From positions 1 through 64,000 of the forward strand of contig JBFGLM010000010.1 of NCBI GenBank assembly GCA_041576165.1: a DNA stretch of 64,000 nt, written 5' to 3'. The stretch is from Acidimicrobiia bacterium (GTDB taxonomy: Bacteria > Actinomycetota > Acidimicrobiia > Spongiisociales > Spongiisociaceae). Made by a program: the position numbers and the translations under genes. Numbering within the stretch: position 1 is the first letter of the stretch; each line of letters opens with the position of its first letter. The notes under the pieces were generated by a model. That model searched no databases, was not told the origin of the DNA, and saw only the letters and a list, made by a program, of their open reading frames with translations. Positions 9,636 to 19,520 of this stretch are shown here, piece after piece.

Positions 9636-11113
9636 GCAGCTTCGTGCCCGTCGGGCGCGGTGCGGCCCGGCACGCCCGGAAGCGCTACGCGGCCGAGCTG
9701 CATGGCTTCACGCGCAAGGCGAGGGTCGACGAGCAGCAAGGCGGCCCCGTAGCTGACAACACCGGTCGTCGTATAGGCCGTTACCTGCCAGCCGAGGCCG
9801 GCGTCGCCCAGGGGGATCTTGATCATCATCACGGCTCCGACCATCAACAGGCCCGCAAGTGCGGGCGAGACGAACTGGCGAGCCAGAGTGCGGAACCGGA
9901 GCCGCACCAACTTGTGAACTGCGTAGATCCACCCGGGCGCGATCGCCAGCAAGACCGACGTCAGCGCGATCGCCACCGACCGGATGCCAAAGCGGACGAC
10001 GATCGAAAAGACGATGACCTGAGCGGCTGCCGTGATACCCATGATCACGACCCGCCATGACGGCTTGCCCAGCGCCTTGAGGACCGTCGAGTTCAAGAAG
10101 GTCACGGTCGTAACGAGTCCCGCGAAGCCGAGCAGCTGCATCACGGGAACACTGGGACCCCACACCGGGCCGAACAGCAGAGCTGTGACCTCTTCGGCAG
10201 TCACGACCACTCCGAGAAACGCGGGGACCGCAATCACCGCGGCGAGACGCGTGGTGCGGTAATAGAGCTCGCGCACGCGATCAATATCGCCTTGCACGCG
10301 AGAGAACGTTGGAAACGCGACGGCGCCGACGACGGCCGTGGTGACGTTGATCATCAGGCGCAGTACCCGGTAGGCAACGACGTAGAAGCCGAGGGCCGTG
10401 GCACCCAGGAAGGCGCCGATCATCAGGTTGTCTATCTGCGTGTTGCCCAGGCGGAAGGCTCGAAACGCGACGACGCTGGCGCCAAACGGCAGCAACTCTT
10501 TGAAATGTGTCCTCGAGAAGCGCATGCGAGGCCGCCAGTCACTGGCGGCCCAGAGCGTGATGACCGAAACCAGCTCAAATGTCAGAGTCTGCGCTACGAG
10601 GCTCCAGACGCCGGCGCCGGCGATGGCGGCCCCCACCCCAATGACGCCGCCGATGACGACGGCCGCCAGCGATCGGACCGCCAGGCTGGCAAAGGCAAAC
10701 TCTCGCGTCAGGATGGCCTTCTGGACGTTGCTGAATCCGCTGATCGCCAACATGGCTGACATCGCGGCGAGAACCGGAGCCAGCTGCGGCTCGCCCAACA
10801 ACCCGGCGAGGGGCCATGCCGCTGCCGCCAGCAACGCCGTCAGCAATGCGCCGAAACCCACGCTCGACCAAAAGGCAGTATCCAGATGGGCCTCCTCGAG
10901 GTCCGGGCGCTGAACGATGGCGTCCGCCATGCCCTGGTCGGCGATGATCTTCAACAGGCTTGTGAAGACCGTGGCGAGGGCCACCAAACCGAACGCCTCC
11001 GGCACCAGGATGCGGGCCAGGATGGTGAAGATGACCAGCGTGGCGAGCTGGTACCCCACCTTGTCGAGAGCCGTCCAGAAGACGCCCCGAGCTGCCACCC
11101 TGCGGAGTGTCAT
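9632..11113 (-). CDS. Polysaccharide flippase (Wzx/MOP, WzxC-like)
   Basis: LARILVPEAFGLVALA, DQGMADAIVQR, LDTAFWS, many TM helices; real start MTLRRVAARG at 11113. Confidence 0.9.
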   Translation of the reverse strand: MTLRRVAARGVFWTALDKVGYQLATLVIFTILARILVPEAFGLVALATVFTSLLKIIADQGMADAIVQRPDLEEAHLDTAFWSSVGFGALLTALLAAAAWPLAGLLGEPQLAPVLAAMSAMLAISGFSNVQKAILTREFAFASLAVRSLAAVVIGGVIGVGAAIAGAGVWSLVAQTLTFELVSVITLWAASDWRPRMRFSRTHFKELLPFGASVVAFRAFRLGNTQIDNLMIGAFLGATALGFYVVAYRVLRLMINVTTAVVGAVAFPTFSRVQGDIDRVRELYYRTTRLAAVIAVPAFLGVVVTAEEVTALLFGPVWGPSVPVMQLLGFAGLVTTVTFLNSTVLKALGKPSWRVVIMGITAAAQVIVFSIVVRFGIRSVAIALTSVLLAIAPGWIYAVHKLVRLRFRTLARQFVSPALAGLLMVGAVMMIKIPLGDAGLGWQVTAYTTTGVVSYGAALLLVDPRLAREAMQLGRVALPGVPGRTAPDGHEAA

Positions 11114-11554
11114 GCTCGGCCCGCTCGCGCGCGGGCCACGGGTGGAACACGCCCAGTCGTGACCTTTTGGCTCGACAGCGCGACAACCCGCGCGAGCCCC
11201 TGTCGGTACCTTCGCCCCAGCATCGAGTCGCACATCTTCGCAGGTCACCCCCGACCGTTCCGCCCCCACTTGCCGATCCGCCCGCGCCCCGGTGAGCGTG
11301 ATCCGGTTCACCGAACAATACCGGGGTCTGTGCGCCACACGCAGAGCGCCCCTGTCGGATTCGCGAGGTCGTTCCGGCCGGACCCCGCCCCGAGGGCGGG
11401 CGCGGATCCGTCTCCCGCGATGGCCGGCCGACTGCTCGATCCACAGCCACAGGTGGTTCGTTTTCACCTAGCTTCGCGACCCCTGGTAAGTTGGCGACTG
11501 TCCTAAATCGGACGTTCGGGCATCCGGTGGTTTTAGGTAGGGAAAGGGAGAACC

Positions 11555-12853
11555 ATGAAGATTGCCGTACTCGGCACCGGGTACGTCGGGCTCGTCATTG
11601 GTGCGTGCTTGGCGGAGACAGGGAATGACGTCGTTTGCGCTGACGTCGACTTCGAGAAGATCGACGCGCTCCGCGCCGGTAAGTTGCCCATCTATGAGCC
11701 AGGTCTCCAGCCACTCGTGGACCGGAACCAGAGCGAGGGACGTCTCCAGTTCACCTCCGAGCCGCCGGCTGCGATCGCCGGAGCCGAGGTCATCTTCATC
11801 GCCGTCGGCACACCCTCGAACGGTGATGGTTCCGCGGATCTGAAACACGTCGTGTCTGCAGCCCAGATGATCGGCCAGAACCTGGACCGCCCGGCCGTCG
11901 TCGTGACCAAGAGCACCGTGCCTATTCGTACGGCCGAGTTGGTACGTCAGGCCATCGCTGCGCAGACCAACGTTCCCTTCCATGTCTGCTCCAATCCCGA
12001 GTTCCTCAAGGAAGGACACGCGGTCGGGGACTTCATGAAGCCGGACCGGGTGGTGATTGGCGTCGATTCGCCGGAGGCCGGGGCGGTGTTGCGCAAGCTG
12101 TACGCTCCATTCGTCCGCACCGGCAACCAGATCATCGAGATGGACAACACCTCCGCCGAGATGACCAAATATGCCGCCAATGCCATGCTGGCCACGCGGA
12201 TCGCGTTCATGAATCAGGTCGCCGAACTGTGCGAGAGTGTGGGAGCGGATGTGAATCTCGTGCGGAAAGGCGTGGGCAGTGATGAGCGGATCGGCCCGGC
12301 ATTCCTCTTTCCCGGTCCGGGCTACGGAGGCTCCTGTTTTCCGAAGGACGTCGACGCTCTGTTGCACAGCGGCGAGAGCCACTCGGTAGACCTCAGCATC
12401 GTCCGTGCGGTTCAAGACGCGAACGTGCGGCAGAAGCGGAGGCTCTTCGCCAAGCTCGAGCGCGCCCTCGGTGACGATATCGAGGGCAAGACGATTGCAG
12501 TCTGGGGCCTCTCGTTCAAGGCTGAGACCGATGACATGCGGGAGAGCCCGGCCATAGATCTCGTTGAAGCGGTGCTGGGCGCAGGCGCATTCGTCCGGGC
12601 GTTCGATCCACAGGCCATGGACACGGCCCGCCGGGTGTTCGGTGATCGGGTGCACTACGCCGCGGACCAGTACGAGGCCCTGGAAGGTGCCGACGCACTC
12701 GTGATCGTCACAGAGTGGCTCGTGTTCCGGAATCCGGACCTGGACAGAATGACAGAAATGATCCGTTCTGGGATCATCGTGGACGGACGCAACCTGTATG
12801 AGCCGGAAACCATGAAGGAACTCGGCTTCACGTACATCTGCATGGGCCGGTAG
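11555..12853 (+). CDS. ugd: UDP-glucose/GDP-mannose 6-dehydrogenase
   Basis: GTGYVG, AVGTP, KSTVP, SNPEFLKEG, GYGGSCFPKD, GLSFKAETDDMRESP; GGGAG RBS. Confidence 0.93.
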   Translation: MKIAVLGTGYVGLVIGACLAETGNDVVCADVDFEKIDALRAGKLPIYEPGLQPLVDRNQSEGRLQFTSEPPAAIAGAEVIFIAVGTPSNGDGSADLKHVVSAAQMIGQNLDRPAVVVTKSTVPIRTAELVRQAIAAQTNVPFHVCSNPEFLKEGHAVGDFMKPDRVVIGVDSPEAGAVLRKLYAPFVRTGNQIIEMDNTSAEMTKYAANAMLATRIAFMNQVAELCESVGADVNLVRKGVGSDERIGPAFLFPGPGYGGSCFPKDVDALLHSGESHSVDLSIVRAVQDANVRQKRRLFAKLERALGDDIEGKTIAVWGLSFKAETDDMRESPAIDLVEAVLGAGAFVRAFDPQAMDTARRVFGDRVHYAADQYEALEGADALVIVTEWLVFRNPDLDRMTEMIRSGIIVDGRNLYEPETMKELGFTYICMGR

Positions 12854-13107
12854 CGACAGCTCCCGGGTCAGCCGCGAACCCGAACCGAGCACGGGCGGAG
12901 GATTGCCGGGTCGGGGCCGCTCGGTTCCGGTGCGACTACGCCATCGACGTGGGGTTTCGACCGCCCGGAGCTCTGGACCAGATCCAATCGCCGGTTGGTG
13001 CCGCGCGCCCTTGACTTGGTCACATGGGTGCCCGCACATGGCGCTCGAAGGGCGGTCGTGTCGCTGGTGACCGGCGATCGCTGCGCTCCGCGCGCAGAAA
13101 TCTCAGT

Positions 13108-13146
13108 TTGTCACAATTTTTACTTGTCAGAAGGTGTCGGTATGGT
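13108..13146 (+). promoter_or_regulatory. AT-rich putative promoter for the priming transferase
   Basis: TTGTCA at 13108 and 13124; TATGGT -10-like hexamer at 13141. Confidence 0.4.
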
Positions 13147-13450
13147 TAATGATACGTAGACGGGACGAGAACAGGCTTGCTGGGTTCGCCGGTGGGGAGA
13201 GCAGATCGCGCTCCCGATCTCAGGCAAGCAGGCCGGTTTCGCTGACTGTTTGGGGACAGGAAGCGTCCCGGGCGGATAACGAAGCATGAACGGGGGGGAC
13301 CAGGGTCCAGCGGCGTTCGCCAGCTCCAGGGAGCCGGACGGCGTCTGGTTTGCCGGGTCTTCAGCTGCGAAAGCCGCCCTTGGCTCGTTGTCCGTCGAAC
13401 AGCTGCTGTGTGGGGCGCACATGCGCTGAAGCGGGAGGGGTTAAAAGGCC

Positions 13451-14383
13451 ATGGGAAGAAGGGTTAGCCGGGGGAGCCGCAGCTCGGTCGCGTTCGATCC
13501 GGCGGGCAAGTCCAGTAGGACATTCGAGAGTCAGGTCACCGCGAGCTCTGACTCGGTAGTGGTGATTCGACCGGCAAGCAATGGTATCGATTTGGGCATC
13601 GATATACGCCGTTCCGGCATGCTGGGTCTGGACGCGACGCTGGCCAGGCCGGGGGGGCTGGGAGTCAGCCTGGCTCCTGGTACGGCGGCGCTCATGCGGC
13701 GTTTCGGACTACACCGAATCACGGCCCGCCCCCGCGAGGAGGGCCCGGTCGTATTCGACCGCATACGGGCGGGCGTGAAGCGAGCAATCGACATCATCGT
13801 CTCCGCCACGGCGATCACAATTCTGGCGCCGGTGTGGCTCGTAATCGCAGCTGCAGTCGCGATGACCTCCGAAGGTCCGATCATTTACCGCCAGATTCGG
13901 GTCGGCCGCGACGGACGGCCTTTCGAGATGTTGAAGTTCCGGTCGATGGTGGCCGACGCCGCTGAGAAGGTGCATGAAATGAATGCGCTGGCCGAGAACG
14001 GAGACGTCGATGTCGTTGACGCCCCGGCGTTCAAGTGTGCAGACGACCCCCGGGTCACCCCGGTCGGGCGCATAATCCGGCGGGCCAGCCTCGACGAGCT
14101 GCCGCAGCTGCTCAACGTGCTCAGAGGCCATATGTCGCTCGTCGGGCCGCGGCCGATAGAGCCGGTGGAGCTCAACACGCTTCCGCCTGATTTGATTGCC
14201 GTGCGCCAAGCCGTCCGTCCCGGGCTGACCTGCCTGTGGCAGGTGCTCCGCTACGACGGGATGTCGTTCGGCGAGCGGATCGAGCTCGATCTGACCTACG
14301 TTCGCCGGCGCTCGCTCGTATTGGACCTGGTGCTGCTAATACTCACCCCGATCGCGATTCTGAGCGGAGAAGGCGCCTTCTGA
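13451..14383 (+). CDS. Priming (undecaprenyl-phosphate) sugar-1-phosphate transferase
   Basis: KRAIDI, YRQIRVG, KFRSM, DPRVTPVGRIIRRASLDELPQLLNVLRGHMSLVGPRP, RPGLT; start uncertain. Confidence 0.9.
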   Translation: MGRRVSRGSRSSVAFDPAGKSSRTFESQVTASSDSVVVIRPASNGIDLGIDIRRSGMLGLDATLARPGGLGVSLAPGTAALMRRFGLHRITARPREEGPVVFDRIRAGVKRAIDIIVSATAITILAPVWLVIAAAVAMTSEGPIIYRQIRVGRDGRPFEMLKFRSMVADAAEKVHEMNALAENGDVDVVDAPAFKCADDPRVTPVGRIIRRASLDELPQLLNVLRGHMSLVGPRPIEPVELNTLPPDLIAVRQAVRPGLTCLWQVLRYDGMSFGERIELDLTYVRRRSLVLDLVLLILTPIAILSGEGAF

Positions 14384-14432
14384 AACTGGATCTCGGCCGT
14401 CCTCCATCGGGGGGACGGAGGGCTCGCCCGAT

Positions 14433-15614
14433 TCAGTGACGGGCGGCCAGCTCTGCCCACACGCCGAGGTTGCGTGCCAGGTTGCTGGCGAGGTCGAATG
14501 ACCGGCTGCGCTCATGGGCGTCATCGCCCAGTTGTTTGCACCGCTCCGGATCTGCCAGCAGCGAATCGATCGCTTCTGCCAGAGCGGAGCTGTCGTCCGG
14601 TTCGATGATCACGCCGGCGCCCTCGAGCGCCTCGCTGCCGGAGACGCGTGTCGCAACCACGGTCGCGCCACACGCCATGGCTTCTAGCAGCACCAGGGAC
14701 AGGCCGTCCCAGCGCGATGGCGCAATGACTACGTCCGCGGCGCGTAGCTCAGGTGCAGTGTCCGTCCTGAGCCCGGCAAACTCGACTCGATCGGCCACGC
14801 CGAGCTCATCGGCGAGCGCCGCCAGCTCGTGGCGGTCTGGGCCGTCGCCGACCAGGCGAAGCACCGCCCTCGTGTTCGCCAGTCTGGCAAGTGCCCGGAT
14901 GGCGACATCCTGTCCCTTCTGGCGACTTAGACGCCCGACACAAACGATGAGCGGCGCGGAATCCTCGCGCGGCGCGACCGGTCCATCAGGTGTGAAGTGG
15001 GTGCGATCGACGCCGTTGTGAATGACGCGCAGCAAGCGGGCCTTCTCACCGAGGATTCGCGCACCCTGCTGCGCCTCATCGTCCGAGACTGCGATGACCA
15101 CATCAGCCGAGCCGGCCAATGCTCGTTCGACCAGCCGGAACAGCCCGGCCGTCTTCCCACCCACGAGCCAGGACCAGGCATGGGGCGTGAACGCAGTGGG
15201 GGGGCGGGTCCGCAGCGTCCGCGTGGCGAGCCGGCCGACCGCACCTGCCTTGGACGAGTGGAGATGGACCACGTCGTGATCCTTGGCCAAACGTCGGAGC
15301 ACCAACAGATCGCGCAGATCGCGGACCGATGGCAGCCTGGACCGGCCGAACACCGCCACGTGGCGTGCGCCGGCTGCCACGATCCGGTCCGCGAGGCTTC
15401 CCAGCTGCGGATCGGGACAGGCGACTGTGACTTCGTGGCCCGCTGCAACTCCGGCTGCCGCCAGTTGCGCGACAGCAACCGCGACACCCCCGTCCACGGG
15501 CTGGCCAACAATGAGCACCTGCAGGGACCGGGCTCCTTCGGCGCCGCCCTCAACGAGTTCAGGGGAGGCCGGGGCGGGTTGCGCTGCCGGTCGGGGTTCG
15601 CTCTGAGGCAGCAT
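14433..15614 (-). CDS. Glycosyltransferase family 4
   Basis: DVVHLHSSKAG, VGRLSRQKG, PSRWDGLSLVLLEAMACG. Confidence 0.9.
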   Translation of the reverse strand: MLPQSEPRPAAQPAPASPELVEGGAEGARSLQVLIVGQPVDGGVAVAVAQLAAAGVAAGHEVTVACPDPQLGSLADRIVAAGARHVAVFGRSRLPSVRDLRDLLVLRRLAKDHDVVHLHSSKAGAVGRLATRTLRTRPPTAFTPHAWSWLVGGKTAGLFRLVERALAGSADVVIAVSDDEAQQGARILGEKARLLRVIHNGVDRTHFTPDGPVAPREDSAPLIVCVGRLSRQKGQDVAIRALARLANTRAVLRLVGDGPDRHELAALADELGVADRVEFAGLRTDTAPELRAADVVIAPSRWDGLSLVLLEAMACGATVVATRVSGSEALEGAGVIIEPDDSSALAEAIDSLLADPERCKQLGDDAHERSRSFDLASNLARNLGVWAELAARH

Positions 15615-15744
15615 CTAGATCAGCCCCTTCAGGCACTGTTGGGCGTGGCCCACTAACTCGACCCCTACTGCTCTGGCGGGCGCTGGTATCAGCTCGAACT
15701 CAGCACCCTCATCCAGGCTCTGCTTCGAGCCACCAATCCGCACG

Positions 15745-17130
15745 TCACCGCAATGCCAGCGAGTCAATTCCGTCCTCCTCATCCTGCTCCTCCAGGTACT
15801 CCGGGGGAGAGCTGTCTGTCTCGGTTCCTGCGGCAGGCGACTGACGGCTGGCCCGATGGGCCCGGACCGCTTTCGCAAGCAGGACCAGCATCACGAGAAC
15901 TGCAATGATCGCTGCGATCGGCAAGCCCGCCGGTTCTTGTTGGAAATGGCTGCGGGCAGCCGCGACGATGGTGGCCGACGCAATCACCGAGCCATCCGGC
16001 GCAAGGATCTCGACCAGGTGTTCGCCGGACGACACACCGCTCAACTCGTACAGAGCGGATCTTCCAGGTTGGGCTCGAACCACACCAGCCGCCTGGCTGT
16101 CGACCATGATGTAGACCCGCTCATTCTCTGCAGTGGAGTCCGAGAACTCCAGAGTCACGTACAGGAGTGAGGGATTGAGCGCACTGCGAGCTGCGCTCAT
16201 CTCGAGAATCTGAACTCCGTCTACCAACGTGTCGACAACGTCGCCTGCCACCTCAGGCAGGGTCGGCGGGGGACGAGGCGATCGTTCATCCTTCACCTCG
16301 AGCCCCCCTGGATCCAACAAGGAGAAATCGGTCGGCCTGGGAAGGTGGCTCTTGGCGTCATCCAGCGAGCGGCGTGGCGGCGAGAGGGCCGCCGTCGCGT
16401 CGTCCGTTCGGTCTGGTGCCGACAATGAGAGTGATTCGATGTCGGAGGACGCCGCCGTCACCGGCGTAGCGGGTGCCGATTGCGGACTGGGCTTGGCGCC
16501 CGTGGCCGGCGGAGAGGTGACCGTGGTCGTTACTGCGGTGGTGGTGGTCGCAGCAGTTGTGGTCGGCGCCGTGCTCGTCGGCGGGGGGATCGTCGATGTG
16601 GTCGAAGTCGGGGGGGTCGTCGTAGTCGGAATGGGCTGGCTGGTGGTTGTGGTCCGAGGCAATGACGTCGTCGTTGGAAACGGTCGAGTCGTGGTCGTGG
16701 TCGACAGCATGCCTGTGGTTGTGGTCCCCGGTTGAGAAGTGGTGGTGGTCGGCTGGGTGGTCGTGCTCGGGGCGGCCACGACCACGACGTCAGCCCGTTC
16801 GACGTGACCGGAAGCGTCGATGGCCGATAGCCGGTACGTGGCCGCTGCGGTGGTAGACGCCACATCGAAATCAACCACGAAATCGCCTCGCTGGTTGGCG
16901 GTGACAAACACGGGCGACGCAGCGAGCTGCCAACGCACCTCCACCGTGCTGTTGGGCGGCCACCCCCGACCCACCGCGCTGAACGAAGCGCCGGCCGCCA
17001 CCGTCGACGGGACCGCAGTCACGGATGCGCTCTGGGCGTTCGCGATCGGCGACATCGCTGCCATGAATCCCCCGACGACGGTCAGAGCGGCCGTCGCGCG
17101 CAGGATCGGTTCTCGAACGAAGCCCATCAC
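15745..17130 (-). CDS. Secreted, membrane-anchored protein with Ig-like domain and Thr/Pro-rich linker
   Basis: Signal peptide ending ANA, long (T)n/P tract, C-terminal TM LPIAAIIAVLVMLVLL followed by basic residues. Confidence 0.7.
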   Translation of the reverse strand: MMGFVREPILRATAALTVVGGFMAAMSPIANAQSASVTAVPSTVAAGASFSAVGRGWPPNSTVEVRWQLAASPVFVTANQRGDFVVDFDVASTTAAATYRLSAIDASGHVERADVVVVAAPSTTTQPTTTTSQPGTTTTGMLSTTTTTRPFPTTTSLPRTTTTSQPIPTTTTPPTSTTSTIPPPTSTAPTTTAATTTTAVTTTVTSPPATGAKPSPQSAPATPVTAASSDIESLSLSAPDRTDDATAALSPPRRSLDDAKSHLPRPTDFSLLDPGGLEVKDERSPRPPPTLPEVAGDVVDTLVDGVQILEMSAARSALNPSLLYVTLEFSDSTAENERVYIMVDSQAAGVVRAQPGRSALYELSGVSSGEHLVEILAPDGSVIASATIVAAARSHFQQEPAGLPIAAIIAVLVMLVLLAKAVRAHRASRQSPAAGTETDSSPPEYLEEQDEEDGIDSLALR

Positions 17131-17345
17131 CTACCCCACCCAACCAGTGACAGAATGGCTCATATCGTACACTCTACGACACCCGGGTTTCTGCGCAACC
17201 GGCCGGCGGACGCCGCGTGTGCCCGGCTCACCACCGCAGCCGACCCTCCAGCCGGGTCGCGCGGCACGTCTGGAACAGGAACGGGGCCGGGCTACGATTC
17301 TTGTCTCGCGATATCCGGCGAATTAAGCATCCCAGAAGGTTCCAA

Positions 17346-19433
17346 TTGACACAGACGTTCGAGCAATCGACAGCCTCCGACACCGATCCGATCCGCGCTC
17401 TCCGCCAATACCCACTGATAGTGGTCGTGTTTGCGGTGGCGTTTGGAATACTGGGTGCTGGGTTCGCTTCCAGCCAGCCCCCGACGTTTGTCGCCACTGC
17501 GGGGCTCGTTGTTGAGGATGCGCGGACATCCGGGCTGTTTGACAGCCGCGCGGGCGACGCCGAACGCTATGTGGCCGATCAGGTAGCGATCTTGCGTTCC
17601 GCCGCGGTTGCGGAGCGAGCCAGTGCGCTGGCTCTCACCCTCGAGCCGCCGGCGGAAATATCCGCGTCCGAATTCGAAGCCAACCTGGCGCTCAGCTCCA
17701 GCGTCGACACCAGCTTCATCGAAATCAGCTTCAGTGCCGACGACCCCACCACTGCCCAGAGCGGCGCCGACGCCATCGGGATGTCGTACCAGGAGGTCAT
17801 CAGTGCGGCTTTGGCGGAGGACGCGCAGACCGCCATCGCCCGGCTGGATCAAGCAATCGACGAAACCGTGGCCGAGATCGGCCTGATCCAGGCCGAAGTG
17901 GAGGCCGTGCGTGCCGACAACGAGGACCGGGTGCTGCTGGACGACCAGCTGGCTGAAATCGTTGCCGAGTTGGTCGAGCTGCGCAACGTCGCCGGCGGAA
18001 ACCCAACGGGAGCCAACGATCTTGCGACCGTCGGAGAAATCGACCGGGTCACCGCCCGGGCCGAGCAGCTGAGTGCCGAGCTCAGCGCCCGGCTGCTCGT
18101 GTCCGACGTGGAAGCGCGGCTCCCCAAGACGTCGGTGCTCTTGCGTCAGCAGCAGGATGCGGCGGCACTGCTCAGTGAGCTCACCTTGCAGCGCAGCCAG
18201 ATCGAGGTCGACTCGCAGCTGGCCGGCAACGGCGTCGCGTTCTTCGCGCCCGCCGGGCCCGGGCAGCGGGCGGGCATCGCATCGAGATCGGCCGTCCTCG
18301 TGTCGGTGGTGCTGGGCGGGTTCGTCGGATCGGGCGTCGCCTACTGGCTCAGCCAGCGGCGCCAGCGGGTGGAAGACCGGTTGACGCCACGCAATATCCT
18401 CGGTGTGCCGCTGCTGGTCGACATTCCCGGCCCCCGGGCCGGTTCGGCTCTGCTGGCGCGGTCGCGGCTCCAGGAGCCGGTGAGCAGCGTGCCCGTACTG
18501 GAAGACCCCACCTCGCCGCAGGCCAACGCGTTTCGGATACTTGCGGGTGCTCTGCATCGCCAGCTGCGCGAATGGCGAGTCGAGCCGGAACCCGTCGACG
18601 ACGAGGGCGCATGGTCACAGCATGGCATGATCGTCGCCTGTCTTGCGGCCGAGGCCAGGGAATCCAACCCGCCCGTTGCGTTGAACCTGGCACTCGCGGC
18701 CGGGCAAACGGGTCTGCGGGTGGCGCTCGTCGAGGCCGACCTGGTGCCGCGCGACCTGTCCCGGTTGGTGCGTCGGGCGTACGTCCGTCCGTCGACCGCC
18801 GGCCTCGCCGAGATCATCCAAGGCACGGCCACGCTGGAAGGCTCACTGGGGCGGATTGAGCTGGGCGACGGAGGCGAAATCTCAGTGCTCGGGCTGGGCA
18901 GCGGTTCGAACTCCCCTGAGCTCTTCGGCTCACAAGCGTTTGGCTCCATCATGTGGAAGCTGGCCGAAGGGCACGATCTCGTGGTCCTGAGCCTGCCGCC
19001 GGTCATGGAGGTTCCGCACGCCGCCGCCATCCAGCAGGCGGACAAGGCGTTGCTGGTGGTCCAGCACGGCACCGGTGCCAGTCACCTGGAGGAGGCCCGT
19101 CACCGGATGGACATAATGGGCGTACCGATGGCGGGCTACGCGTACATAAACACTCCCACCCGGGCCCCGGCTCGGCCGCGGCGGCCGGTCCGGCCGGTTA
19201 CCGACGGCAACGGCGATCTCTATGACGACTTCACGCGGATCAAAGGGATCGGCCCGCGCATTCAGGATCTGCTACACGATGAGGGGATCACGACCCTCGA
19301 GGAGCTCGCAGCCACTACCCCTGCGCGTCTCCGACAAATCCTCGAGGCGGCCGGCCCCGGCTACGCCATCCATGATCCGGCAAACTGGCCGCATCTGGCC
19401 AGCCTCAGCCGGTACGGACCGCGCCGGAGATGA
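17346..19433 (+). CDS. Wzz/Wzc-like polysaccharide co-polymerase with degenerate kinase domain and C-terminal helix-hairpin-helix domain
   Basis: TM-coiled coil-TM layout, LGVPLL, AFRIL, LNLA...RVALVEADL; C-terminal DDFTRIKGIGPRIQDLL; probable TTG start at 17346. Confidence 0.78.
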   Translation: MTQTFEQSTASDTDPIRALRQYPLIVVVFAVAFGILGAGFASSQPPTFVATAGLVVEDARTSGLFDSRAGDAERYVADQVAILRSAAVAERASALALTLEPPAEISASEFEANLALSSSVDTSFIEISFSADDPTTAQSGADAIGMSYQEVISAALAEDAQTAIARLDQAIDETVAEIGLIQAEVEAVRADNEDRVLLDDQLAEIVAELVELRNVAGGNPTGANDLATVGEIDRVTARAEQLSAELSARLLVSDVEARLPKTSVLLRQQQDAAALLSELTLQRSQIEVDSQLAGNGVAFFAPAGPGQRAGIASRSAVLVSVVLGGFVGSGVAYWLSQRRQRVEDRLTPRNILGVPLLVDIPGPRAGSALLARSRLQEPVSSVPVLEDPTSPQANAFRILAGALHRQLREWRVEPEPVDDEGAWSQHGMIVACLAAEARESNPPVALNLALAAGQTGLRVALVEADLVPRDLSRLVRRAYVRPSTAGLAEIIQGTATLEGSLGRIELGDGGEISVLGLGSGSNSPELFGSQAFGSIMWKLAEGHDLVVLSLPPVMEVPHAAAIQQADKALLVVQHGTGASHLEEARHRMDIMGVPMAGYAYINTPTRAPARPRRPVRPVTDGNGDLYDDFTRIKGIGPRIQDLLHDEGITTLEELAATTPARLRQILEAAGPGYAIHDPANWPHLASLSRYGPRRR

Positions 19434-19520
19434 GCGGGAGGGCGCCGGCGGCGGCCGGCAGCAACGGCTTGCATCCCGACGGCTTTCTTCACGGGCCCCT
19501 ATGACGGCCGCAAGGCCACG

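Noticed and set aside
11114-11467. N-terminal extension of the flippase ORF (likewise for ORFs at 17217, 35938, 39752-41260, 57320)
   Set aside because: Family homology and RBS or gene coupling point to downstream starts.
11468-13039. 523-aa antisense ORF and many similar long antisense or alternate-frame ORFs (2899-4038, 21459-22952, 43589-44860, 59091-60338)
   Set aside because: They are shadows of well-supported genes, as expected at high GC.
16500-16790. GTG/GTC-rich repetitive DNA as a possible array
   Set aside because: Explained by the Thr-rich coding linker; there is no repeat-spacer structure.
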